UHGV virus genome: UHGV-0166076
Length of the DNA: 42,150 nt
Source of the DNA: a virus
Strand: one strand, 5' to 3'
Below are positions 1 to 9,718 of this stretch, in pieces. The translations under genes were made by a program, and so were the position numbers. The notes beneath the pieces are model-generated. The model ran no database searches and was not told the origin of the DNA. It saw only the letters and a program-made list of their open reading frames with translations. How positions within the stretch are numbered: position 1 is the stretch's first letter; each line of letters opens with the position of its first letter.

Positions 1-109
1 TAAGCCCAAACACTGACGCAATTGCCTGTACAAGCAGTAAGATTGCTGGGATCAGTGCCGCCCAGAATGCCTTGTTTTTAATTCTTACAATCCAATTAAT
101 CTTCTTCAT
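1..109 (-). CDS. Holin, N-terminal portion. ATG at 109 and the gene runs off the left edge. It continues in frame with 42011..42150 if the window is circular.
   Basis: Minus-strand ATG at 109 is preceded by an AAAGGAG RBS. Translation is MKKINWIVRIKNKAFWAALIPAILLLVQAIASVFGL, a basic N-terminus followed by a TM helix, typical of phiLC3/Hol44-type (Phage_holin_4_1-like) holins. It lies immediately downstream of xhlA, as in the PBSX xhlA-xhlB-xlyA cassette. Confidence 0.7.
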   Translation of the reverse strand, partial: MKKINWIVRIKNKAFWAALIPAILLLVQAIASVFGL

Positions 110-122
110 TTTTCATTCTCCT

Positions 123-404
123 TTACAAATACATTGCTGCTATTCCACCAATCACAGCTCCGATCAGTGCGGTTACTACTACGTCCCACCGTTTAGCTGG
201 TGTCTGCTCAAGATGTGTCACTTTTGCGGTCAGCTGCACAAGAGTCTGGTTCATAAAGCCAACCTCTTTGGTTAGCCCTACCATCTCTTGTGCCAGTTGA
301 TGCACCACATTTACAATATCTTCCACCTCATTCATCCGGTGCTTTAACGAGCCGATTTCTTTATTATATTCGGCAAGTGTTACTTCTACTTCATTTTCTG
401 TCAT
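123..404 (-). CDS. xhlA: XhlA-like lysis-associated membrane protein, also called haemolysin XhlA family.
   Basis: 93 aa with an N-terminal coiled-coil region and a single C-terminal TM (WDVVVTALIGAVIGGIAAMYL). Has an RBS. Sits directly upstream of the holin, the PBSX-like arrangement. Confidence 0.6.
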   Translation of the reverse strand: MTENEVEVTLAEYNKEIGSLKHRMNEVEDIVNVVHQLAQEMVGLTKEVGFMNQTLVQLTAKVTHLEQTPAKRWDVVVTALIGAVIGGIAAMYL

Positions 405-414
405 TCTCGTCTCC

Positions 415-2079
415 TTACCATATTTTTGCTGTTCCTAAGTATGCCGCTGTTACCTGTTTGTTTCCGATATAAATTTTTCTAATACGATCATATCCAAGAT
501 ACATTTTTTTATCTTCTTCCCATATGGCATACAATGTAGCATTTCCATAAATGGTATATACACTATCTGGCTGATATTCAGGATTTCCACCAGGCGAAGT
601 TGCCCAACCTTTAAATACATAACCGGATTTATAAGGGGCACGAGCTGGAAGATACCATGCTTCGCCATATTTGCCACGTAATGGGTTAAATTCTCCACTT
701 CCACCTTGGAGGTCAAATGTGATAGTATATACAGATTCTTGTTGTTCCCATACTGCGTAAAAAGTCATGTCTCCATATGGGGTGTAAGTTGATCCAGGTT
801 GATAATCTGCGGATGTCGCCCACGATGATGTAGACCATCCTAAAAAAGTATGGTTAGACCATGTTGGGGTTGTGTATGGAATGTAAGTTTGCTCTCCTAC
901 AACTTTTTGCTGCATTGATGGAGCGCCGGAGCCTCCATTTGCGTTGAAAGTAATTGTACAATACTGTGTAGATTTGCCCCAAACTGCATAAAGAGTACTG
1001 TCACCATACAAAGTATAATATTCTCCGGGCTGATATGATACACTGCCACTGGAATAAGTTGACCACCCTTTAAATGTGTATCCGCTTTTTGCTGGAGTTG
1101 TATATGGAATTTGTACCCGTTCACCATATCCTCCATACAAAGTATTAAATGCGCCTGTTCCCCCTTGAAGATTAAAGGACAAAGAGTATTGTGTGACCTG
1201 ATTTTGTCTCCATACCGCATATAATGTTATGTCATATTCAGACATATATGAATAACCAGGCGTATATGCGGACTCTGGTTCGGTTGCTCCAGACCATGTA
1301 GACCAGCCTAAAAAAGTATATCCACTACGAGTGGGTTTCGAATAAGTAATTGTAATGGATTGACCTACATTTACTGTCTGTTTTGCGGGTGCATTTGTTC
1401 CTCCATTCGCATTATATGTGACACTCCATGTTCTAGTAACATTCTGACCCCAAACAGCATACAAGGTCGTATCTGCATCTATTGTAAATGCATCTCCTGG
1501 TTGATACTGTGCATAGGAAGATGAGGGTGAAGTTGCCCATCCTTTGAAAGTGTAACCGGATCTTGTAGGTTTTTGAGTAGTAAGATATAGGGTATTGTTG
1601 AAATACTTCTTCTGCATTGACGGTGCGCCGGATCCGCCATTCGCATTAAAATACACACCCCAGAGATTTCTTTTGACATTGATTGTGAAATCCATTCCCT
1701 TGCCTACTACATTTGGAATAATGATATTCGCATATGCATTCAGAGTGATATCCGCTCCCGCTTCTGCTTTCACAAAGACAGCCTGATCATAAAAAGTACG
1801 TACTTGATTTGCTACAATTTCCATATACTTTTCTTCTAAAGTACCCTCTTCGTGTCCGTGAGTACCTGCCTGCACTTTTCCATAACCATAAGTAGCGTAC
1901 GGACTGGTCTTGGTCGCATTTATGATAAATCGACAGTCCCACCCTGGCTGCCCATCCCGATACACCCGATAAGTTTCCCAACGACACCAGGCAGTGCAGT
2001 TTGAGTTCCCGTCCATGGGATAGTGTGGTGTTTCACCAGAAAAGTCTGCCGATCGCTGTAGTTCTTTGTTATTTTTCAT
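415..2079 (-). CDS. Putative cell-wall-targeting lytic/adhesion protein. N-terminal CHAP-like Cys/His domain plus five ~70-aa Listeria-Bacteroides (Flg_new) repeats.
   Basis: Start refined to MKNNKEL, because the AGGAG RBS lies inside the longer ORF. N-terminus has NCTAWCRWETY ... AGTHGHEEG (Cys...His), CHAP-like. Five tandem repeats of the form FNANGGSGAP...GYTFKGWAT...LYAVW. Occupies the position of PBSX XepA, between the tail-fibre genes and xhlA. Confidence 0.6.
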   Translation of the reverse strand: MKNNKELQRSADFSGETPHYPMDGNSNCTAWCRWETYRVYRDGQPGWDCRFIINATKTSPYATYGYGKVQAGTHGHEEGTLEEKYMEIVANQVRTFYDQAVFVKAEAGADITLNAYANIIIPNVVGKGMDFTINVKRNLWGVYFNANGGSGAPSMQKKYFNNTLYLTTQKPTRSGYTFKGWATSPSSSYAQYQPGDAFTIDADTTLYAVWGQNVTRTWSVTYNANGGTNAPAKQTVNVGQSITITYSKPTRSGYTFLGWSTWSGATEPESAYTPGYSYMSEYDITLYAVWRQNQVTQYSLSFNLQGGTGAFNTLYGGYGERVQIPYTTPAKSGYTFKGWSTYSSGSVSYQPGEYYTLYGDSTLYAVWGKSTQYCTITFNANGGSGAPSMQQKVVGEQTYIPYTTPTWSNHTFLGWSTSSWATSADYQPGSTYTPYGDMTFYAVWEQQESVYTITFDLQGGSGEFNPLRGKYGEAWYLPARAPYKSGYVFKGWATSPGGNPEYQPDSVYTIYGNATLYAIWEEDKKMYLGYDRIRKIYIGNKQVTAAYLGTAKIW

Positions 2080-2089
2080 GTTGCTGCTC

Positions 2090-2308
2090 CTAATCAACGA
2101 TTAAATACACAGTCTGACTGTCTTTCACTCTTAAATGATCATAATCAGATTGCGTCATGCTTTCGAAAGCATAGGGCACTCGATTTCTATCGATATACTT
2201 ATTTTCCAGTTTTCTGGATAAATACGACAACCCGCTGTAGTCTAGAACCTTTTTCGGGGAAGCTTTTTGCTCCCCCACCCGAAACATCTTTTTTAAAAAT
2301 TCAGGCAT
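2090..2308 (-). CDS. Small phage protein of unknown function (XkdX-position).
   Basis: 72-aa ORF translationally overlapping the start of the downstream gene. Function not recognisable. Confidence 0.4.
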   Translation of the reverse strand: MPEFLKKMFRVGEQKASPKKVLDYSGLSYLSRKLENKYIDRNRVPYAFESMTQSDYDHLRVKDSQTVYLIVD

Positions 2309-2323
2309 TGCGTGTCACCTGCC

Positions 2324-3043
2324 TTATGAGAATAAACCATCAATTTCAGAATTTGTAATAGACTGAACATTCGCATCTGATCCAGCTGGCCCCTGTGGTC
2401 CCATTGGTCCAACGTCTCCTTTTTCGCCTTTTAATCCCTGAGGTCCTTGCGGTCCTGTTTCTCCTCTGTCACCTTTGGCTCCTGCTGGACCCTGAATTCC
2501 CTGTTCTCCTTTTGCACCCGCTGGGCCCGCCGGACCTGTTGCTCCCTGTAATCCCTGTGGTCCCTGAGGTCCTGTCATACCTGTGGCTCCTGATAAGTCC
2601 GTAATGTAGGTATAGGATGAGGCTCCTTTTACGTACAATTTTGCATTGTCGGCATCCTGTACATCTCCTGTGTCAATCATGACAAATTGCCCGGTCTTTA
2701 CCCCATCGGTTGCAAATCCTTTATTCATCGCATCAACGGATTCAAATGTTTTAGCGATTTTAAACGCCTCACCGGCTGGACCCTGTGGCCCCTGTAATCC
2801 CTGAGGTCCCTGTGCACCCACCGCACCGGCTGGCCCTGCTGGTCCCTGCGGTCCGGCTGCTCCAGTCTCTCCTTTATCTCCTTTGAATTCTCCAGCTTTG
2901 ATTGCCTCATCCAACGGCTTTAATTTATACAAAACATCAGTAGAGGCTACCTTATCTGTTTTCTTTCGAAATGCGCCATTTGCCCATTCCTGCATTTTTG
3001 TTTTAAATGTTCCAAGCCCTGTAAGATCTAAAAATTTTGCCAT
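2324..3043 (-). CDS. Collagen-like triple-helix repeat tail-fibre protein.
   Basis: Two long runs of Gly-X-Y repeats (GETGAAGPQGPAGPAGAVGAQGPQGLQGPQGPAG...; GATGMTGPQGPQGLQGATGPAGPAGAKGEQG...). C-terminal motif QSITNSEIDGLFS. Confidence 0.8.
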   Translation of the reverse strand: MAKFLDLTGLGTFKTKMQEWANGAFRKKTDKVASTDVLYKLKPLDEAIKAGEFKGDKGETGAAGPQGPAGPAGAVGAQGPQGLQGPQGPAGEAFKIAKTFESVDAMNKGFATDGVKTGQFVMIDTGDVQDADNAKLYVKGASSYTYITDLSGATGMTGPQGPQGLQGATGPAGPAGAKGEQGIQGPAGAKGDRGETGPQGPQGLKGEKGDVGPMGPQGPAGSDANVQSITNSEIDGLFS

Positions 3044-3061
3044 GTTCTTTCTTCTCCTTTA

Positions 3062-3259
3062 TTACTGAAATAATCCGTTAATTTCGTCTTCTGTGATGAT
3101 CTCGTTTCCTGCTCCTGCTTCCAGTTCCCCGATCTTCTGCTCTACGGATTTTCCTTCCGTGAGCTGCACACTTTCCGCCATGACCAGTGGGTAATTCCCG
3201 TTATTTTTTACCGTTAAGGTGTTGACGATTGTAACACCGCCGTCAATACTCTGTGCCAT
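3062..3259 (-). CDS. Small fibre-associated protein of unknown function.
   Basis: 65 aa. Has the C-terminal motif TEDEINGLFQ, shared with the two neighbouring proteins. RBS present. Confidence 0.45.
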   Translation of the reverse strand: MAQSIDGGVTIVNTLTVKNNGNYPLVMAESVQLTEGKSVEQKIGELEAGAGNEIITEDEINGLFQ

Positions 3260-3272
3260 CTTCCAAACCTCC

Positions 3273-4037
3273 TTATTTTACTGTAACTGCTGTAGATCCC
3301 AGTCCTGCATTTACGGACATCCAGACATCATAACTCTGCTTGTAACCGGATGCGTTGGTAAATTCCAGCGTCTGTGCTTTTTTAAATCCTCCGTCAAATC
3401 CACCCACATTGAATGTTGGCGTTCCAAAGGATGTAGGGATTGCATACACAATCTTCTCTCCTGCTCCCGCATTGACCGTAAAGGTGCGCCCTCTTCCACC
3501 GGCAAGCGAGGATCCTTCCAGTGCCAGGATATCGGCATTTTCCAGCTGTGCCTTGTTGCTCTTGCCCCAGTAGACTTTTGGCTGGAAGGTAATGCTTGCG
3601 GTTCTGGATACAACCGCATCCCTCTCATCTGTTACGGTCAGAACGATATTTGTATTTGTTTTGATTGTCTTTCCTGTATAAGATTTCTTGCGGAGCGCCT
3701 TATCCAGTACTTCTTCTGCGTCTGATCCGAATTTGATCTTCTGCGTTTTTGGCTCTTTGTTTAACGTCCACGCGACATCAGATGCGGTTACTGTTGCACC
3801 GATCTCATTACTGCTGTTTGTAGCAGTCAAGGTATTGATTGCAATCTTGGTGTATGCCAGATCGTCAATCTTCTGCTTGTACTCATCCGAAAAATCATTG
3901 CTGGATAATCCTTTCCCATCCTCCTTTCTTACGTATCTTGCATCATTTTTCTGTACCAGGTGTGCAAGACCATCCTGATCCAGGTACTTCTTTTCTGCGG
4001 CCAGTGCCGCTGCTTTTGTTGCTTTCTTTCTTGGCAT
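3273..4037 (-). CDS. Phage tail fibre / structural protein (hypothetical).
   Basis: 254 aa, Thr/Ser/Asn-rich and beta-rich, in the tail-fibre gene block. No catalytic motif recognised. Confidence 0.45.
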   Translation of the reverse strand: MPRKKATKAAALAAEKKYLDQDGLAHLVQKNDARYVRKEDGKGLSSNDFSDEYKQKIDDLAYTKIAINTLTATNSSNEIGATVTASDVAWTLNKEPKTQKIKFGSDAEEVLDKALRKKSYTGKTIKTNTNIVLTVTDERDAVVSRTASITFQPKVYWGKSNKAQLENADILALEGSSLAGGRGRTFTVNAGAGEKIVYAIPTSFGTPTFNVGGFDGGFKKAQTLEFTNASGYKQSYDVWMSVNAGLGSTAVTVK

Positions 4038-4039
4038 GT

Positions 4040-4591
4040 TTAATCTGCTCCTTTCATAATCTCGTCAATCTCCGGATTGGTGATCGACTCTATCTCCACA
4101 GTTCCGCTTCCCCCGCCTTCCGGAAGTTCCACTTCACTGAGTAGATTCTCCCCGGAAAAAAGCTGCATCCGGTTTTCCTCCAGCTGCAGCCTGTCTCCTT
4201 TTTTATTTAGTTGTTCTAATAGTTCTTCCAGAATGTGTTCCTCTTCTGGTTCTTCATAATCTTCCGGCTTTGGACGCTTATTCACTGCACATTCAATCTG
4301 TCGGATAGTCTGACCGGATTTTGTGTCTGCCAAATACAAAAACGCCCAAATATTTCTCCCATTTTTCAGTAGAGTATCCGGTATTTTTGCCAGAATGTGA
4401 TTTTCTTTCACTTCTCCGATTACCGTTTTTGCTGTTTCGCTCCCTGCAATCGCAAAATGAACTTCCATTGTTTTATTTTGAAAATCCAACCCACAGATTT
4501 TTAGTGTCTGACCACGATCCCACTGCCAAAGCCCTGGAACCCTCTTGTATCCTTCACCGTCATTAAAAGCGGCGGTTATCATATCCCCCAT
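4040..4591 (-). CDS. Phage tail / fibre-associated protein (hypothetical).
   Basis: Start refined to MGDMITAAF (ATG at 4591) behind a GGAGGTGAGAAA RBS and after the upstream stop at 4603. C-terminus ESITNPEIDEIMKGAD shares the SITNxEID motif with the collagen-like protein. Confidence 0.5.
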   Translation of the reverse strand: MGDMITAAFNDGEGYKRVPGLWQWDRGQTLKICGLDFQNKTMEVHFAIAGSETAKTVIGEVKENHILAKIPDTLLKNGRNIWAFLYLADTKSGQTIRQIECAVNKRPKPEDYEEPEEEHILEELLEQLNKKGDRLQLEENRMQLFSGENLLSEVELPEGGGSGTVEIESITNPEIDEIMKGAD

Positions 4592-4602
4592 TTTCTCACC
4601 TC

Positions 4603-6009
4603 CTAACTTGCTGCGATCCAAGATGTACAGATCGTCCGCTCTGCATAATCTTTCTTTTCCACATCCAGAGAAATCTTGCCTCCTATACGATATCTTCCAG
4701 TTCCAATGATCGTCCCTGCGACTACTTCCGGGCACGCGCAAAATACGTGATATTTCGGCTGGAATTCTTCCGGGATGGCCACCTCGTCAAAATCATTGAA
4801 AGACCCGCTGTTCGGAAACTGCGCCAGCATCTCAATTTTGCAGTGTACGATCTTGCCGATCTTATACAACCACACCTGCACGTGATTACTGCTGTTTACA
4901 TTGGAGTACGGCCCTCTCACCTGTCCGGAATCATGTTCCTTGATCCCCATCAATTCTTGATCTCCAAGTAATAACTTTCCGTGAAACCTCACATCTTGAT
5001 AGAAATCATATCCCTCTTCTCTGTCACTTGCTGTTCCACCAAAAGCAATGCTCCTTCCTTTATTTGCAACATCCAACGCCCGGAACTGCGCGGGAACAAT
5101 CACTTCTTCCTGTTTGTTTCCGTTTAAGTCTGTGATTGTAACAATCACAAAATACACATACGATGCAGATATTTGTCCATTTCCTATTACAGACGAAATT
5201 TCCCCACTTGCTGCATTTGGCTTCGTTTCACTGACTTTGACTAAGGATCCGGTACTCGTTTTCTTGTACTCTATTTTTATGCTGGTCGCGATGTTGGAGC
5301 TGTTTAACGTCCTGTCCACCTTCCATGTTCCAGACACTTTGATATAGGTTCCGTCTCCCATAGCGTTCCCTTTTGAGTCACACCGCAGCGCTTTTAGATT
5401 TGTAATTGTCGGTTGGATATACGCAATTTTCCAGACTGCATACAAGGTGATATCCACATCTGTGCCGTAAGTAGACCCCGGCATGTACGACACCTCTCCA
5501 GCAGATGACGTTGCCCAACCCATAAATACATACCCGTCTCGTGTAGGGCGTGCAGAGGATAGGGTTAAGTTTGACCCATATATTTTCTTTTGACTGCCCG
5601 GCGCGCCCGTTCCTCCGTTTGCATTGTAAGATACGGTATGTTCCCACGTGATAGCCGAGAGTGCGTAACTTCCGCTTGCTGAGATTGTGGACGGGTTGAT
5701 TCCCGTGTTAATTGTTGCGGAAAATCCTATGTTCTTGGGCTGTCCGCTTGTCGGCATCGTAATACGGAATGTCTTAGTTCCGCCAATGTTTGTCCATATC
5801 CATTTTCCTCCACCACTTCCCACCGCAAATGTTGCGCTGCCAGATGTATTCTGCCCATCACAGCTCATGTTGTACGGTGCACCGCCGTAATTGTATCCGC
5901 CCCAGTCAAACGCAATATCAAACCTGATATCTACATCGTACTGATGCGTGAGGTTCACGTCTCCTACACCACGTACTGCGGTTACATATATTCTTCCTGT
6001 TCCTGCCAT
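4603..6009 (-). CDS. Tail fibre / receptor-binding protein with one Listeria-Bacteroides (Flg_new) repeat.
   Basis: 468 aa. Contains SYNANGGTGAPGSQKKIYGSNLTLSSARPTRDGYVFMGWATS...LYAVW. Has an AGTAAGGAG RBS. Directly downstream of Tal. Confidence 0.55.
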   Translation of the reverse strand: MAGTGRIYVTAVRGVGDVNLTHQYDVDIRFDIAFDWGGYNYGGAPYNMSCDGQNTSGSATFAVGSGGGKWIWTNIGGTKTFRITMPTSGQPKNIGFSATINTGINPSTISASGSYALSAITWEHTVSYNANGGTGAPGSQKKIYGSNLTLSSARPTRDGYVFMGWATSSAGEVSYMPGSTYGTDVDITLYAVWKIAYIQPTITNLKALRCDSKGNAMGDGTYIKVSGTWKVDRTLNSSNIATSIKIEYKKTSTGSLVKVSETKPNAASGEISSVIGNGQISASYVYFVIVTITDLNGNKQEEVIVPAQFRALDVANKGRSIAFGGTASDREEGYDFYQDVRFHGKLLLGDQELMGIKEHDSGQVRGPYSNVNSSNHVQVWLYKIGKIVHCKIEMLAQFPNSGSFNDFDEVAIPEEFQPKYHVFCACPEVVAGTIIGTGRYRIGGKISLDVEKKDYAERTICTSWIAAS

Positions 6010-6020
6010 TTATTTTCTCC

Positions 6021-8195
6021 TTACTCGATGTAGATTAGAGAGAGATGTCCATCTCCATTGTCCAGCATAGCATAGTTGCCTACCCCAACTCGCTTAGCAC
6101 TTAGATTGTCGACTTCCGCCACCGGCATATACGCTTTCTCGTTGCCGAAATACGCCAGCCCTTTGTCCCCCTCGTAGAATCCTAAACGGGAGTTGGTTAG
6201 CCTTGCTTTCAGGTCGTTGCTTGTTCCACCCAGCTCCAAAAACGGCGTAACTCCATCCGATCCCTGCCGCACCCACGTATCGATAACTTCTGTCTTGCCG
6301 TCTACGTAAGTTACGGTATTCTTAAACTCAGCACGGACCTCATTCTTGTACTTTTCGAAACTGGTATTGATGTTGTTGACGCTGGAGATTGCAGTGTTCG
6401 CAGAATCCTGTGCGTTTCCTGCTGCATCTTTTGCATCCTCGATGTCTCCCGTGTATGCTTCTACCCATTTTTCGCCGTCCCAGTACTTAAGGACGTTGTT
6501 TATCGTGTCGTACCAGAGTTTAGTCTTATCGTCTGGTGGTGTTTCAGACTTGATTGCTCCATCTGCGCCATCATCCCCTTTGTATTTTGACCACTGGTAA
6601 TCTCTTGGATCGTCGCTTTCTATCTGGGATTCCTTGTTGTATGCGAGTCCGATGTAAGCCTTGTCATCAGGACTGTCAGACATTCCCTTTCCATTCTGGT
6701 CATCTGCATATTTCACCCAGGTATAATACGTCACTCCATCTTTTCCTGGATCCCCCGGTGCTCCATCGTCCACTTTGGTGATTGTCACCTCATAATATCC
6801 ACGCCGGATTCCATTTTCGGTGGCTGTAAAAGAGTATACTGCCTTGGTATCCACATCATCAGCATTAACCGTCACGCTCCGCCCAGTACGGAACTCTGCG
6901 TCATCTTTACTCCACCGGAATTGTAGCTTGCCTGATACATCCACGCCATTATCGTAGGCGTAAGCTGTCAGAGTGGTGCTGCCGATACCATTTTTAAAGA
7001 TGATGCCATTGTTGGTGGAGATGGAACATGTGTACACCTTATTTTTGTTGATAAGATCTTCCATCCTCTGCAATAAGCTATCCGAAATTTCGGATGTAAG
7101 CTCTTTGTAGTTAGTAAATACGGTCTTTGCGACTGTTGGATTTGTAAAGCTGCGGACTTGCTCGGACACTCTCGCCTGTAAGTATAAGATCGGATTCCAT
7201 TCCTGATCCTGCATCCTTACGGTGTCCCCGATGTCGGTATCAAAATATCCTTCCACCTCATAGGTTACTACCGGTTCAGATGCGGTTTTGAGGTCAGACA
7301 GAGCCATGCTGTAAAGTTTCTCTTGGTTGTCCGTGTCATACTCTTTTCGCATTGCGATATAGGCATCATCCTTATTAACCACGTTAGACGGAAATCGGTC
7401 TCTTGCCTGTGGTGCTCTGATGATCGCACCGTCTGTAAAGTATTCCAAACGTCCGCTTGCATCGTATTCCTTTTTATCCAGACCATTGATGGTCAGCCCA
7501 TCCTTCCCGGTCGGAATGATGCAGGTGTATAGGTTCTCAGCATCTGTGGTCTTCCGGATTCCGGTAATCCCTTTCCCGTATCGCAGGACAACATCATTTC
7601 GGAATGTTCCAATTCCGCTGTCCTTGTCGCTCTGCTCCCGATATACGTTTAAGATAATCTCTTTTAGTGAGTAGTCTTTATTCAAAACGGTCTCAAACTC
7701 CACTTCTGCGGAAAATACATTTGCGAGGGAAAAGAGTCTTTTTAAAATAGATGTGGTCCCTGTCCATTCGTTCGTGATCCGCTTGTCGGATACCTCATTC
7801 AGTCCTAATCGAACGGAATGTTCCGGATCAAATACATTCAGGTATTCTTCAAAACTCATGGCGTTCTCTGCTTTATACGCCCCGGCATCCTCGTTAATCA
7901 ATTCAAAGGACAGAGACCATGCTTCTGCTGTCACCGTCTGTTCTGTACGCTCTGTACGGACGATATTTAAGTAGTAGTGTTTACCCTTTGCAACAAAAGC
8001 AATCTTATTTCCGGCTGTGATGTGCACGGAATCTGGATGCTTTGCGTCTACTGTAAAGGTGAAAGTATTCGCCGCCCCCTGTAAATACTCATGCAGTTCG
8101 TCGCCCCAGTAGTGCATAGACTTTCGGTGATTGTTATCCATATAAGCCAATGGCTTGTCTCCTGTACTCAGGATCCCAATTCTTACGTGTTCCAT
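6021..8195 (-). CDS. Tail-associated lysin / phage tail endopeptidase (Tal, Prophage_tail family).
   Basis: 724 aa, immediately downstream of Dit with a TAATG overlap. N-terminal region typical of siphovirus Tal. Contains a short GAPGDPGKDG collagen-like stretch. Confidence 0.65.
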   Translation of the reverse strand: MEHVRIGILSTGDKPLAYMDNNHRKSMHYWGDELHEYLQGAANTFTFTVDAKHPDSVHITAGNKIAFVAKGKHYYLNIVRTERTEQTVTAEAWSLSFELINEDAGAYKAENAMSFEEYLNVFDPEHSVRLGLNEVSDKRITNEWTGTTSILKRLFSLANVFSAEVEFETVLNKDYSLKEIILNVYREQSDKDSGIGTFRNDVVLRYGKGITGIRKTTDAENLYTCIIPTGKDGLTINGLDKKEYDASGRLEYFTDGAIIRAPQARDRFPSNVVNKDDAYIAMRKEYDTDNQEKLYSMALSDLKTASEPVVTYEVEGYFDTDIGDTVRMQDQEWNPILYLQARVSEQVRSFTNPTVAKTVFTNYKELTSEISDSLLQRMEDLINKNKVYTCSISTNNGIIFKNGIGSTTLTAYAYDNGVDVSGKLQFRWSKDDAEFRTGRSVTVNADDVDTKAVYSFTATENGIRRGYYEVTITKVDDGAPGDPGKDGVTYYTWVKYADDQNGKGMSDSPDDKAYIGLAYNKESQIESDDPRDYQWSKYKGDDGADGAIKSETPPDDKTKLWYDTINNVLKYWDGEKWVEAYTGDIEDAKDAAGNAQDSANTAISSVNNINTSFEKYKNEVRAEFKNTVTYVDGKTEVIDTWVRQGSDGVTPFLELGGTSNDLKARLTNSRLGFYEGDKGLAYFGNEKAYMPVAEVDNLSAKRVGVGNYAMLDNGDGHLSLIYIE

Positions 8196-9718
8196 TACAG
8201 ATATACCTCCCGTATTTTCGCTCTGATCGTTGGTGGTGGATTACTAAAATCTGAATAGTAAAACTGTACTTCTGTAGTTCCTGGCGGCACCTTAAAATAA
8301 TCCGTTCCGGTCACCTCATGTCCTGCGGATGTCACGCCATCTACATAGACCTTGGTACTCTCTCCATTGATCTGAACCACACTCCCGGCTTGAAACCGGT
8401 TTGGAACGTCCCTTTGTGCATCCACGCTGTGACTGGTAAATTCTACAGAGTATACGTGATTTTCCCCGATTCCTTCCCCGGATCCCCAGACACCAATAAA
8501 GATGCTGATCTCGGTCACCTCAATGTCTTTCATTTCCGGCACCGTAAATGACCGCACTTCTCCGTTGACATTAAACTCAAACCGATCCCCAAACTTGGAG
8601 ATACTGGATTTCCCTGCGTTTTGTCCAGTTCTTGGATTATCCCAGCTACAGTCAAACTCAATCTTATCTTTATTGATTCCATTTACAAAAAACTCTGCGT
8701 AACCTCTGTTATTTCCAAGCTCATTCTTAAACACAGTCATAGCTGCCACGTTCTTTTTGTTGCGGTCCGTCATCAAAAACTGGATGACACCCCGGTTGTT
8801 AAATGTGGATGTCGTAAAGTAATGATGCCAGGACAGCGTGCAATTCTTGGCTCCGCTGTGCGTATTGCTGTCCCTTGGCACTTGCTTTGTCCAACTCGGA
8901 CCGTGCCACTGCTCTCCTGCTCCATAATCTGTGACTCGCAGGGCATAACCTCCGGTTCCGTTGGTGATTGCAAGGTTTCCGGTCTGTTTATGCTCGCTTA
9001 CTACATGGACAGTGGTGGCGTTATTTAATACCCATCCGCTGGTGCTTGGAGAAAATTTGTCATTGATGAGGATTTCTGATGCTTCGTAGTCCTCCACGTC
9101 TGTTTCCTCTACCTTTCCGAGTTGGATCGTTCCGTACTGGCTGACAAGTCCAATAAAGCCATTCTCGTGTTTGTGGGTAATCTCATAGTCCACATCGCAC
9201 CATTCCGTTCCGCTGTTTTGGATGGTAAGTGTCTGATATCCACTTTCCTGATGGGCTGTAAATGATTTTTCTACCGTAGAGTACTTCCGCGGATCGCAAC
9301 AATAGAAAGTAAATTCTCCTTTCACATTCAGGCTTCCAGGTTCCACATCACCAACGCTCGATTTTGTCCCGATAAAATACTTATCCGGCTCATCTGCAAA
9401 AATCAGCTTTACTTGCTCCTTATTCAAAATTTCAGAAAGCTTATTAAATTTATCGCGAAACTCTCTTGGAGTTTTGCAAAGCAATTGATATCCAACCGTA
9501 ATGTTTCTTGCTACATCTCGTTTCCCCACATACTCTGATCCGTCTACAAGATCTATTTCCCGCTCTGTAAACTCGGATTCTAGCAGTTCACGACCACTCA
9601 CATATAATGTTCGGTATCCGTCAATTACATTTTCGATATATGTTCCGTCAATCTGCATGGCTTCACTCGGCAGGGAGCTCAATACTCCCGCCGATTCCGT
9701 ATCCGCAAACTCATACAT
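8195..9718 (-). CDS. Distal tail protein (Dit, siphovirus tail component family).
   Basis: 507 aa. Start overlaps the stop of the tape measure gene. Canonical position between TMP and Tal. Confidence 0.7.
   Translation of the reverse strand: MYEFADTESAGVLSSLPSEAMQIDGTYIENVIDGYRTLYVSGRELLESEFTEREIDLVDGSEYVGKRDVARNITVGYQLLCKTPREFRDKFNKLSEILNKEQVKLIFADEPDKYFIGTKSSVGDVEPGSLNVKGEFTFYCCDPRKYSTVEKSFTAHQESGYQTLTIQNSGTEWCDVDYEITHKHENGFIGLVSQYGTIQLGKVEETDVEDYEASEILINDKFSPSTSGWVLNNATTVHVVSEHKQTGNLAITNGTGGYALRVTDYGAGEQWHGPSWTKQVPRDSNTHSGAKNCTLSWHHYFTTSTFNNRGVIQFLMTDRNKKNVAAMTVFKNELGNNRGYAEFFVNGINKDKIEFDCSWDNPRTGQNAGKSSISKFGDRFEFNVNGEVRSFTVPEMKDIEVTEISIFIGVWGSGEGIGENHVYSVEFTSHSVDAQRDVPNRFQAGSVVQINGESTKVYVDGVTSAGHEVTGTDYFKVPPGTTEVQFYYSDFSNPPPTIRAKIREVYL

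Noticed and set aside
2395-2604. Plus-strand Pro/Leu-rich ORF antisense to the collagen-like gene.
   Set aside because: It is the reverse complement of the GGN/CCN collagen repeats and has no translation signals.
3219-4144. Several plus-strand ORFs (3219..3725, 3355..3573, 3688..3978, 3839..4144) and the nested minus ORF 3311..3628.
   Set aside because: They overlap the fibre genes 3273..4037 and 4040..4591 in alternative frames, with no RBS and low-complexity composition. The structural-gene frames are the supported ones.
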